Shown one piece after another: positions 1 through 10,300 of a stretch of 64,000 nt of DNA. Source of the DNA: a virus (lineage: Duplodnaviria > Heunggongvirae > Uroviricota > Caudoviricetes); IMG/VR virus record IMGVR_UViG_3300028888_000044, positions 128,001 to 192,000 of that record. One strand, given 5' to 3'. Position numbers and translations under genes: made by a program. Under the pieces are notes generated by a model. The model ran no database searches, was not told the DNA's origin, and was given only the letters and a program-made list of their open reading frames with translations. Within the stretch, counting starts at the first letter, position 1, and every line of letters begins with the position of its first letter.

Positions 1-10
1 CATTCAACAG

Positions 11-3000
11 ATGACCTTGTGGTCACAGAGGCTTAAGGTCAATTTCGAGTCAATAGCTGCCGCAACAAAGAACTTCAACACAATTCAAGGCGCAATTGAG
101 AACAGTGCAAAGATTCAGATGCTTGGTGGCGAGATGTCATTCAACTATATGAATCCTATGGAGGTGATGGCAGAGGCAATGTCTGATACCAAGTCGTTTG
201 GTGAACGCATTGCTGACACAGTTGCCGATATGGGTACTTTTGACAAAGGAACTGGTACTGTCAGAATCGAATCGTGGTTAGACCGAGCAAAGATTCAGCA
301 CTATGCTGAAGCACTTGGTATACAAGTTGAAGAGCTTATAAATATGGCAAATCAACAAGCAAAGTTCCACGAGATTGACAGCCATATAAGTAGAGCCTTG
401 TCTGAAGAGCAAAGGCAAGCTGTAGCTAATATGGCTCAATTCAATGCAGATGCCAACAGATGGGAGATTGTAGATGCACTTGGAAACAGACATGATGTTG
501 AATCAATACAAAACGAGGGCTTGCTTAAGCAAATCGCAGCAAATACCGTTTCCAATGATAGGGACACAAACATAAAGAATATAGCTGGTCACGTTGCGGA
601 GATTGCTAGTTGGTCGCACGATGAAGCGAGAGCAATGATTGGCTTCAACGAGCAGCAACAAGGTTATGAGAAGAGCATACAAGCTTCAAGGGCGAAGGCA
701 ACACAAACACTTGAAATACCTAGCCTTGTTAATGGTATACATAGTATGGTAACTGATATTGTAACCAACCAAAAGGTTATGATTTCACTTATTATGGGTA
801 TGGGTGCTCTTAGGTTTATCAAAGGTTTCACATCGGCAAAGGGTGTTGCAAAGCCATTAGGAAAACTCGTATCAAATGTATTCAAGTTCGGTAAAGCTGG
901 ATTCGAGCATGGTGGTATTATAGGTGGTAACTATCCTACTGGCGACCAATTGTTCGCAAGAGTCAACTCTGACGAAATGGTTCTTACCAAGGAACAGCAG
1001 AGCCAATTGTTCCAAATAGCTAACGGTGCTATGCCAGCCGTTGTAGATTCATATAGCGAACCTACAAGTGGTGAAGAAAGTTGGTTAAAAGGATTGTATA
1101 GAAGAGGCGTAGCGCAAGAAGCAGCAGCAAGCAGAGGTGCAACGTCCACAATGACTGTAAGGTCAGACATTGCAACAAAGTTGAGAAACGTATTCAACGA
1201 ATTTACTGAAGCGCAAAGTCGTACTTGGGGAGAGTTTATATCAAAAGAAAAAGATGTATTTGGAAGTATAAGAAATACAAGAGTTTGGCAAGCTACATCA
1301 CGAGGCGTGACAGGGGTAAGAAATACTACTGTAAATGCTTATGAATCAGTAACTAATGGTATTACTCGTATAGGCAATAACATTACTCGAATCAACAACT
1401 CAATAGCAAATTCACAGATAGTTACAAGAGTAGGGCAAATTGGCACTAAAATAACGCAGACAACAGAAAGTGTCGCAAACACAATTGCCAACTCAAGGGT
1501 TGTTGGCGGCATACAGAGAATGAATACTGCAATACACAACACAACGGAAAGCATAATCAGCAGTTTGCGTACAGTACCTACAAGCATTTCAACACAGACA
1601 ACAAGAATTGCAAACGCAGTGAGGAATTCAAGGGTTGTCACTTCTGTTGCAAATTTTGGTGGTAGTGTGGCAAGAGGAACAAGGGCGGTTGTAAACCCAT
1701 TAATTAAGCTTGGCTCTGCAACTGCTTCCAATGCAAGCCATTTGGGTGGAAGAATCTATGGAGGTGTTCAGAACAGTAGGTTTGGTGTAAAGGCTATTGG
1801 CAAATCCGTCAAGAGTGTTGCACAAAAGGCAAATGCTAGGGTTGGACGTTCAGTAGTTGGCAAAGCAAGCAAATCGTTAGCATCAAAGGCTGCTACAAAG
1901 ATGGTTGGCAAGTTAGTCAAGGGTGGCGGACCAGCAGCATTAGCTGGTATAGCAGTTGATGCAGCAAACATTCTTGGTCAACATTTTGGCATCATTGAAG
2001 AAGGAGGCAACACAGCCAAGGCTCTAAATGTTGTTGGAGACACACTTGGATATGCAGCTACTGGTGCTATGATAGGTAGCTTTATTCCAGTTATAGGTAA
2101 TGCAGTTGGTGGTTTGATTGGTGGCGCGATTGGTTTGACAAAGAGCTTGTCTGATAATTTCGGAAAAGAAATTAAGAGCTTCTTCGTTGGAAAGGACAAT
2201 ATGTCTATGGCAGATGTTGCACAGCAGCAATATGAGCAGTCCAAATTCGGTATGGATGTAATTGAAGCATCTATACAGCAAGACCCAACTGGTGAAAACT
2301 TGAAATTGCTTGCAGCACAAGCCACTGTCAAGATGCACGATTTGCTTGTTTCTATATGGTACAGACTTAACGGATTGCAAAGCAATGGAGAAAAGGCAGA
2401 TAGAGGATTGCTTGGAGGATTGGCAAATGCTGCAAAGTTCGTTGTCGGAGGTACAATTGGAGGTGTTGCTTCAACAGTGGTAAGCGTTGCGAGTGGAAGC
2501 GTACAAGAACCAACAAGGGCTTTGCCACAATCAAGTGCGGTTGTGCAAGAAGAGAACCCTACCGAAACATCAACAAAGGATTATGAGCTTGAGAATAGGG
2601 CTTATCAGTCAACCATTGATATTCTTGAGATTTTGAAGAACAATGTCGCAGTTAAACCAGAGGTTGAACCTATTCAAGCAAACAACACAAACATAAGGAG
2701 CTACAGATACAACAGAAGCGCTATGAATGGCACAGCCAACTACAGCAACTATATGTATGGTAGGAATGCTATGGGTAATGTTAGTGTTGCAAACGTAGGA
2801 AACGGTTTGTATCCTACCATCGCACAAGACACAACTTCTATTGGTGTTAAAAAGAGTGATGCAGTACAGCCAAATGTTATGTCAGTACCAGTTGTAGGTG
2901 CACCTATGGTTGTTGCCCCTTCGTATGAGGTTAAGATTGGTGGTGACAAACCTCTTGACGTTAATTTGAACGTTAGTGGCACAATTAAGCTTGATGCAAG

Positions 3001-3181
3001 CGCATTTGGTGGAAAGAAGGTTGATATAAATATAAATCAGTTGTTGGAGGATAATGCGGTTAAGAGCAAGATAATCGACATCATAATGACTGAATTCTCA
3101 AAGGTCAATGGCAAGACTGCAAAGGACACGGCATTCAGCAAGACAAGGAATATGCTGTTGGGTATGTCACAGATGCCATAA
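11..3181 (+). CDS. Tail tape-measure-like protein (probably 5'-truncated by the window edge)
   Basis: Long Ala/Gly/Ser-rich helical ORF. It has the GFEHGGIIGG...RVNSDEMVLT motif typical of tape-measure C-terminal regions and Gly-rich hydrophobic segments (GAMIGSFIPVIGNAVGGLIGGAIG), and lies directly upstream of baseplate genes. Confidence 0.7.
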   Translation: MTLWSQRLKVNFESIAAATKNFNTIQGAIENSAKIQMLGGEMSFNYMNPMEVMAEAMSDTKSFGERIADTVADMGTFDKGTGTVRIESWLDRAKIQHYAEALGIQVEELINMANQQAKFHEIDSHISRALSEEQRQAVANMAQFNADANRWEIVDALGNRHDVESIQNEGLLKQIAANTVSNDRDTNIKNIAGHVAEIASWSHDEARAMIGFNEQQQGYEKSIQASRAKATQTLEIPSLVNGIHSMVTDIVTNQKVMISLIMGMGALRFIKGFTSAKGVAKPLGKLVSNVFKFGKAGFEHGGIIGGNYPTGDQLFARVNSDEMVLTKEQQSQLFQIANGAMPAVVDSYSEPTSGEESWLKGLYRRGVAQEAAASRGATSTMTVRSDIATKLRNVFNEFTEAQSRTWGEFISKEKDVFGSIRNTRVWQATSRGVTGVRNTTVNAYESVTNGITRIGNNITRINNSIANSQIVTRVGQIGTKITQTTESVANTIANSRVVGGIQRMNTAIHNTTESIISSLRTVPTSISTQTTRIANAVRNSRVVTSVANFGGSVARGTRAVVNPLIKLGSATASNASHLGGRIYGGVQNSRFGVKAIGKSVKSVAQKANARVGRSVVGKASKSLASKAATKMVGKLVKGGGPAALAGIAVDAANILGQHFGIIEEGGNTAKALNVVGDTLGYAATGAMIGSFIPVIGNAVGGLIGGAIGLTKSLSDNFGKEIKSFFVGKDNMSMADVAQQQYEQSKFGMDVIEASIQQDPTGENLKLLAAQATVKMHDLLVSIWYRLNGLQSNGEKADRGLLGGLANAAKFVVGGTIGGVASTVVSVASGSVQEPTRALPQSSAVVQEENPTETSTKDYELENRAYQSTIDILEILKNNVAVKPEVEPIQANNTNIRSYRYNRSAMNGTANYSNYMYGRNAMGNVSVANVGNGLYPTIAQDTTSIGVKKSDAVQPNVMSVPVVGAPMVVAPSYEVKIGGDKPLDVNLNVSGTIKLDASAFGGKKVDININQLLEDNAVKSKIIDIIMTEFSKVNGKTAKDTAFSKTRNMLLGMSQMP

Positions 3182-3274
3182 AGAAAAATAAAATAACGGT
3201 TGTTTTTGCGGCACATAAACATATATTTTCTAATATGCCTATATGTCGCAAAAACAAGGTTTATTATAACAAGT

Positions 3275-6200
3275 ATGATAGACAATTTAGAATATACATA
3301 CAGACGAGGTTGTGCAAGAGCAAGCCTACTTCGCAAGAATTACAACTTCATCAATACCGTGTTGACTAGGAACATCGGTAATGTTCATTATGCCTATGCA
3401 GTGGTTGAGGAATTGCTTGGGTCTGATATTGGAATGGGCAGAATTGTTCATACTGGATTGGTAAGAGACCCAGTTGTATTTTCAGTAACAGAAAAGAGGA
3501 AAGAGGTTGACAACTATTTGACATATGCAAAGTATATCAATCAGAACACTGTCAAGGCATTGTACTCAAAAAAGAATGGTAGTATATTGTTTGATAACTT
3601 GTTGAGTCTAAACAACGATACTGTCAACATATATTCTAATGATAATATATTGAGATTCGACCCATATGACCCATTGTCAAGGGAAAGCGAGATGTATGTG
3701 TCTTTGGTTGCTGCCAAGATGTATGAGTCTATGTATGGCAACTATTGGGAAGGTACTGAAAAAGTACCTCATCAGCTTACAAGTGGATATACATATTGGG
3801 ATTTGGTTCCGCATAATGTAAGTGTAAGAAATATATCCATCAAAAATGATGGATTGTTTTCATACATATCGGCAGAGTTGCCAAAAAGCCAAGGCGATAA
3901 TATTAAGAATGCTTATGTACAATTAAGGAAACCATCAGTCGAATGGATTAGACAATATTATCCATCAAATATATTTTGGAATAGTGATGATAATGATATA
4001 AGTAAAGTCATACATAGGCAGAATCGTGAGATTCGAGGAAGGTATGGAAACAAATTGCAAGAAGATAACCAAAAAAGAACATTATTTGATGGTAGTGTTA
4101 TTGGTTTCTTATTTGACAAGTCGAAACAATTCACTGATTCAATAAGTGAAAGAAAGAGATATACTTATGCCGAGTCTGTAGTGGCTGACAATGAAGCTGT
4201 AGTAATCACAAACAACGAAACAACAAGTGCAGTTGAAGATTCAATACCATTTGATGGTATCTATACAGAATCATTCCAAAAGAAACCAGATGGTAAGGAT
4301 GACTTGATTTCATTCACCAACAATATGTTCCGAATAGGAAGATATAAGACGATGATTGCTAGGTTTGGTACAAATGCTGTAGGACCACACGGAAGATTCA
4401 ACGATATAGATGATTACAGCGAATACAATACAGCAATTTCAGAACGCGGTATGTCTCATGGTAGAAACTTGTTGAAGGAGGCTGATAAGCGAAATTTCAT
4501 ACATAGGCAAGCTGATATATCAGAGGCTTATAACGACCCATATTGCCGTGTATGGACTAACTATCATCAGTATAATTCGGTTCACGATATGATTCGCCCT
4601 TTTACAACAGTGGACGAATATGATATGGCAGCACCAGTATATGATGAGATGCTTATGAGGGACTATGGGTTTGAAAAGGTAAGGACAAAGGCTGTAGGCG
4701 GCTTTATGGATGGTCAAGCAAGGCTTGGTCAGATGGGTGTTTTACAAAAGAACGGTTTTGTGAATATTACCCCAAAGCAAGAAGGTGATGCTGCTGCAAA
4801 AACAAAAAGATGTATGTTTTCTCTTGAGAACTTGGCATGGAAAGGATGCACACAGTCGTTGTCAAAGTCACAAATAGGACCTTTTGGTGGACGCATAATG
4901 TGGTTCCCACCATATGACTTGAAATTTTCAGAAAATGTTTCAAGCCCTTGGAATGCAAATCAGTTTATCGGTAGGGGAGAAAAGGTATATACATATACAG
5001 ATACAGAAAGAACTGGACAGTTATCTTTCAAGATTTTGGTAGACCATCCTTCGATAATTAATTTCTTCAGAGGTACGAATGACAGTGATTTGCATCAGAC
5101 TGGTTTGGAATATGATTTATTGAGATTTTTTGCAGGATGCGGTCATCCAGTACCAGCAAACATAAGCAAGCAAGAGAATGATAATAATGAAACTGAAGAA
5201 CCAAAGCAACAACCAGAACAGAAGAGAGAAGATTCTTGTGACAAGATTATGTGCTTGATGTTCTTCCCAAACAATTACACTGGCAATTATGATAAGGATG
5301 ATGTTGACCCAATTATATACCTTTTAAACGGTATTGGTAGCCAAAAATATCTTGATGGAAAAGTAGTCAAGGATTTGCCAACTAATCCAAATGTGTTAGG
5401 ATATTCTGTAAGTGGTGAATCAAATGAGCTTATCGGTTATGAGATTAGAGATAATATTGGAAATGACCCAAAGGCTTACGTTGGCGGTATTACACCAGCT
5501 GATATTGTAACAGACCAAGACAAGAGGGAAAACAAGGTTACTGCTTGTACTTACAATGGTTATACATTGGTTCCGCAAAAGAACTCTGAATCATCTCCAT
5601 TGAATGACTGGTGGTATAGGGTTGATGTAAGAAAAAGCAATATCAGTTGTGCCAACATAAAGAGTAGGAACAAGAAGGTTGACTGTGAGAAACTGTTCAA
5701 GGATGAAAAGAAATTAAAGAATGTTGAAGGTCACAAGGATTGCAGAAGCTTTGGCTTGAACAGCAGTAAAGGTCGCGGATTCATTTACAATGATGAGGAT
5801 TACAAGAATTCCTATGCTTGCACCGTATTTAATTTATCTCAAGAAGATTGCGAGAATTCATTGTTCTCTTTCACAGAATTTTATGTTGCATTTACTGAAA
5901 AGTATGGAACTAAAAACAAATTGACAGAAGAACTTGCAAGAAACTATTGTGACACAGAAAAATTGGATATATTAAGGGGAATACTTGAAAAGAGGAAATT
6001 AGCCAAATTGGAGACAAATGGTTGGGCTTCAAGACAAGGATATGAGGCAAGTAACATTCAGCTTGGACTTGATAGAGCAACAACAGCAAAGAACTTCTTC
6101 GATAAGCTGAAGGTGAAGTTTGAAAAGGTTACTGACCCTAAATCTGAAGGTATTGTCCCAACAACGGCAGACAAGGGTGCTCAAAAGGACGAGTCTGAAC

Positions 6201-6991
6201 TTAAGGCTAAAATAGGTAGAAGTGCATTGATAACAATTTATCTGTCAAATGAAGAGACCACAACCTTGCAAGAGTCAAGCAACACGGAGGGAAATGACGA
6301 TAACTTCAAGGTTGCTGAAAGGGAAAAGCCAAGCGCAAATACAGTTAATACTGAAAGCAATTTGATGGAAAGTACAAACCCTCAATCATATTATGAGAGT
6401 GTTGGTACAAATGGCAGATATGATGACGAATACCGATTCTTCAAGGAGATAGACATAAATGATACGTTCTTGAGGCATAAAATTAGGGAAAAGATACAAT
6501 ATTTTGACCCAGCTTATCATTCAATTTCACCAGAAGGATTTAACGCAAGGCTCACGTTCCTGCATCAATGCACAAGGCAAGGACCAACAATTGGAAACAG
6601 CAATGTCAATGGGGTAAATAGGATTGCCAACAACTTGGCATTTGGAAGGCAACCAGTATGTGTATTAAGAATAGGAGATTTCTATTATACAAAGATAATA
6701 ATAGAGAGTTTGCAGATAACGTATGACACTGATGGTATAAAGTGGGATTTGAACCCAGAAGGTATTGGCGTACAACCTATGTTTGCTGACATATCCATTA
6801 CATTCAAGTTCCTTGGTGGTAGTGATTTGGCTGGTCCTATTGGAAGATTGCAGAATGCGGTTTCATTCAACTATTATGCCAATACTGGAGTATATGATAA
6901 TAGAGCTGAAATGATACAGTATGATTCTAATGGGAATTATGTCAAGTTTAAGGAATTTAACCCAATAAACAAAAAGATAACTACAAATTGA
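3275..6991 (+). CDS. Baseplate/tail-tube-initiator-like protein with an inserted OmpA-like segment
   Basis: MWFPPYDLKFSENVS..W....IGRGEKVYTY..TER..LSF and P.CVLRIGDFYYTKIII.SL.I.YD...WD...QPM.ADISI.FKF resemble tube-fold (gp48/gp54-like) halves. GWAS...NIQLGLDRA...R.A.I resembles OmpA_C. Start moved to ATG 3275 (track start 3200 is not ATG). Confidence 0.5.
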   Translation: MIDNLEYTYRRGCARASLLRKNYNFINTVLTRNIGNVHYAYAVVEELLGSDIGMGRIVHTGLVRDPVVFSVTEKRKEVDNYLTYAKYINQNTVKALYSKKNGSILFDNLLSLNNDTVNIYSNDNILRFDPYDPLSRESEMYVSLVAAKMYESMYGNYWEGTEKVPHQLTSGYTYWDLVPHNVSVRNISIKNDGLFSYISAELPKSQGDNIKNAYVQLRKPSVEWIRQYYPSNIFWNSDDNDISKVIHRQNREIRGRYGNKLQEDNQKRTLFDGSVIGFLFDKSKQFTDSISERKRYTYAESVVADNEAVVITNNETTSAVEDSIPFDGIYTESFQKKPDGKDDLISFTNNMFRIGRYKTMIARFGTNAVGPHGRFNDIDDYSEYNTAISERGMSHGRNLLKEADKRNFIHRQADISEAYNDPYCRVWTNYHQYNSVHDMIRPFTTVDEYDMAAPVYDEMLMRDYGFEKVRTKAVGGFMDGQARLGQMGVLQKNGFVNITPKQEGDAAAKTKRCMFSLENLAWKGCTQSLSKSQIGPFGGRIMWFPPYDLKFSENVSSPWNANQFIGRGEKVYTYTDTERTGQLSFKILVDHPSIINFFRGTNDSDLHQTGLEYDLLRFFAGCGHPVPANISKQENDNNETEEPKQQPEQKREDSCDKIMCLMFFPNNYTGNYDKDDVDPIIYLLNGIGSQKYLDGKVVKDLPTNPNVLGYSVSGESNELIGYEIRDNIGNDPKAYVGGITPADIVTDQDKRENKVTACTYNGYTLVPQKNSESSPLNDWWYRVDVRKSNISCANIKSRNKKVDCEKLFKDEKKLKNVEGHKDCRSFGLNSSKGRGFIYNDEDYKNSYACTVFNLSQEDCENSLFSFTEFYVAFTEKYGTKNKLTEELARNYCDTEKLDILRGILEKRKLAKLETNGWASRQGYEASNIQLGLDRATTAKNFFDKLKVKFEKVTDPKSEGIVPTTADKGAQKDESELKAKIGRSALITIYLSNEETTTLQESSNTEGNDDNFKVAEREKPSANTVNTESNLMESTNPQSYYESVGTNGRYDDEYRFFKEIDINDTFLRHKIREKIQYFDPAYHSISPEGFNARLTFLHQCTRQGPTIGNSNVNGVNRIANNLAFGRQPVCVLRIGDFYYTKIIIESLQITYDTDGIKWDLNPEGIGVQPMFADISITFKFLGGSDLAGPIGRLQNAVSFNYYANTGVYDNRAEMIQYDSNGNYVKFKEFNPINKKITTN

Positions 6992-6997
6992 TAGAAA

Positions 6998-7318
6998 ATG
7001 AGCACATACAGCAGATATGACAACTTCGTTGATGATGGGATGATGAAATTCGTCCCATTCATCAAAATTAGGGAAAAAACGACTGATAAGTTCGTGTATT
7101 ATATAAACGGACAATCGAGATTGGACTTGTTGTCTTATCAATACTATGATAATCCTAACTATGGTTGGCTTATTCTACAAGCCAACCCAGAAGTTGGTAG
7201 TTACGAGTTCAATATACCTACAAACACGTTGTTGAGGATACCATATCCTTTGTCAACAACACTTTCGCAATACAATGACGATATAGCCTTATATGACGCA
7301 ATGTATGGCATACACTAA
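6998..7318 (+). CDS. Baseplate wedge protein, gp53/LysM/tail-X-like
   Basis: RLDLLSYQYYDNPNYGWLILQANP...LRIP motif; small size; position between tube-initiator-like and hub genes. Confidence 0.75.
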   Translation: MSTYSRYDNFVDDGMMKFVPFIKIREKTTDKFVYYINGQSRLDLLSYQYYDNPNYGWLILQANPEVGSYEFNIPTNTLLRIPYPLSTTLSQYNDDIALYDAMYGIH

Positions 7319-7336
7319 TGACTAAAGCATCTTATT

Positions 7337-10300
7337 ATGAATAACGCGCAAGATTATTCAAAAGTATTATATGTAGAACCAAATTACAATACAAATGCTG
7401 AAGAAAAAATTAATACTCCATATTATTTACACGATATGGAGGATTACTGCATATATGTAGATTTGGAGGTTGAGATATTCGATAGGAATATAGAAGGGTT
7501 GAATGGTAGCCATACTTTGCTCTTCAGTTGGAAGACAAACAAGGATGGAAACGAAACAGCTTCATTCTTATCTGGTTCAAAAATAAGATATGGCGGCAAA
7601 GATGGGGACAAGGGGTTCCAAGTATTGACAACAAATTTTCTCAATACGCATTATGATGATGTTGTTGAAGCAAACACTGAAAAACAATCTCAAAACCCAG
7701 AGCTATTTGGTATAAAGTCGATTGATATTGATTACAATAATTATGCAGTTCCTCAAGTTCAGATTGTGTTTACTGATGTAAGAGGCGCATCGTTATTTGG
7801 ACCAGAAGAGCATAGACACCATAAGACACAAAACGGTATTGGTGGCTTTGCTGATGATGATATTGCAGGTTCTTTCTTCAAGTGTTTTTTCACTTTCCCT
7901 TACCCTAAATTCACGTTGATGGTGAAAGGTTTTTACGGACAAGGAGTTTCATATCAGCTTACTTGTTCCAAATTCACTACAAAATTCGACAGTAAGAATG
8001 GTAACTTTGATGCTACGGCAGAGTTTGTTGGTTATTCATATTCACTTTTGAATGACATAACTTTAAATGCTGTTCTTGCCGCCCCATTGTCAGATTACGT
8101 TGGAATGAAGTATTGGCTCGATAGGGGTGGCTCGTTGAGCAGCGAGGAAGTTGGAGAAGATAATATTGAGGCAAGTGACAACCAAAGCGATGCATTTACA
8201 ATCATAGATGCAAATGGAGAAAAGATAAAGATGCCTACATTGAATAGGATTCTGTCACTTATGGATGACTTGGTATCAGCAAAGCAAGCCGATATGGAAA
8301 ACAACCGCGATGTATATCAAGCAGCCAACAACAATACCGAATTGCTGCATCAGTTAAACAATATAATGCAAGTATATGACGGATTGTGTGCCGCAATAAT
8401 GGAAAGCCTCAAGGACAATCCGTTGGTTTATACAGAAACACTTACAAGTGACGGTTCTTCGTGTGATGTTGTAGGAAGCCATATAGTAGGTATCGTGGCA
8501 TTCACAAAGAGCGACAACACAAATCCTATGGATGTGGTAAATGTAAATTTTGCGCCATATAACCACCAGATAGAAAGTTACAGCAACGGTTTGCCTTCAA
8601 ATGTCCCACGACTAAAGGAGGCGAAGGTTTGGTCAGAGGTATTGGACAATACACCAAGAATAAAGAACGATGCCCCTTTGAAGAACTTTAAGGACATAAA
8701 GCTACAGATAGGTAAAGCCATTGCTGATTTTCCAAACAAATTTAAGGATTTGAATGGAAATGTATCTCAGAATGCATATGTGTTTGATGGAACGTATTTC
8801 TGTCAACAAATGAATATGATTATGCAGAGTCTGACAAATGACAAGATTAGTGCCGAGTTAGCAATAGCTGAATATGATAGCAAGATAATGCAGTCTGTCC
8901 TTGGATTCACACCGACGGTCTCTAACATAATGTCTATCATTCTTGCGCATCTTGAGACACTGTTGCATATCATCTATACAGCCACAGAAGAGGTGGATAA
9001 TATCAATAACACACCAGAGTATAGAAAGCTTTCCGAATTCGGAATTTCAACGGCAGAACTGACTGGTTTGGATATTGGAGCTGACGAGAAAGTTCCAGCT
9101 TGGCCGAGAATTGTAACCAAGGAACCTATTACAAACAAATGGTACAATGGATGGATTGGGGATTTCCCACACAATGGAAACATACAACCAGAAGCAAATG
9201 CTGTTAATGGTTTGCTTAATGGTATAAGATATATTCAAGCATCGATAGACAATGCTGCCCAAGCGTTAAATACGAATGAGGGTACTAATGTTGTTACTTA
9301 TTGCAAGTCAAGGGTTGCATATCCTTTGGTTCCATCTGATATTGTTGAAGAAGAAAATCCTTTTGGCTATAGCTTTTTCAACACAGATTATACTGTAGAG
9401 GATGCAGTAAGCAATATGGAGTCAAATATGTTTGTTCGTATGTGCAATTTGTTCTTGGTTGACAATGTAAGACCGTATAATGATAATGGCAAATATCAAT
9501 CAACCAATATAAAGGATGATTTGGTCACTCAAATGGGACGTATTGATGCCGTTAACTTTTATAGCATATACAAACAGCATTTTTCTAATGATTTCAAGAA
9601 TCATATAATAAGTGTTGACTTCAATGCAGATAGATTTTTTGAGGACTTTAAAAAGCCTAATTACTATTGGAGTGATTTTGATTCAGAAAGCAGATATACA
9701 CTATGCGACATTAGGAATCCTCAAGCACCAATGTCTGTATTCAATGTTTGGTTCGGAAATGAAAAAATAAACAAGAATTTAGTACGTAACGGCGCATCTA
9801 TTTCATTTATGCTGACTTATGGTAGGGCAAGCCATACTAACAGGTATTACTATGACAGTGAAAATGACGAGGGCAATGATAAAGTTATCTATATCAAAGA
9901 GAATATAAGATACTTGGATAATCTTGATTCTTGCTTCAATGTGTCTGCGCTTAACTTGGAACATGGAAATGACGATACATCAACGTACACTAACCTATTC
10001 AATGAGATGTTTGATGAGAATTGTCATTATAACGGTTCAAGGATTTATGGCGAACAGTTCTCATATTCAAACAGTAATGATAGACACGCAACATATGAGA
10101 GGAATTTTTGCTATAAATGGACTGTTAGTGATGAGACAATTAAGCTGTTGCCACATAAGAACAACGGCATAATCCCTCTTGCCCCACGAAGCAAGACTGA
10201 AGCCGAATCTGATTCAGTTATTCCAGTAAGGGGCGGTTGGTTCACATCAGACATTGACAATGACGAAAGAGAGGTACAAGTTATTGAAGATGGCAAGGAG

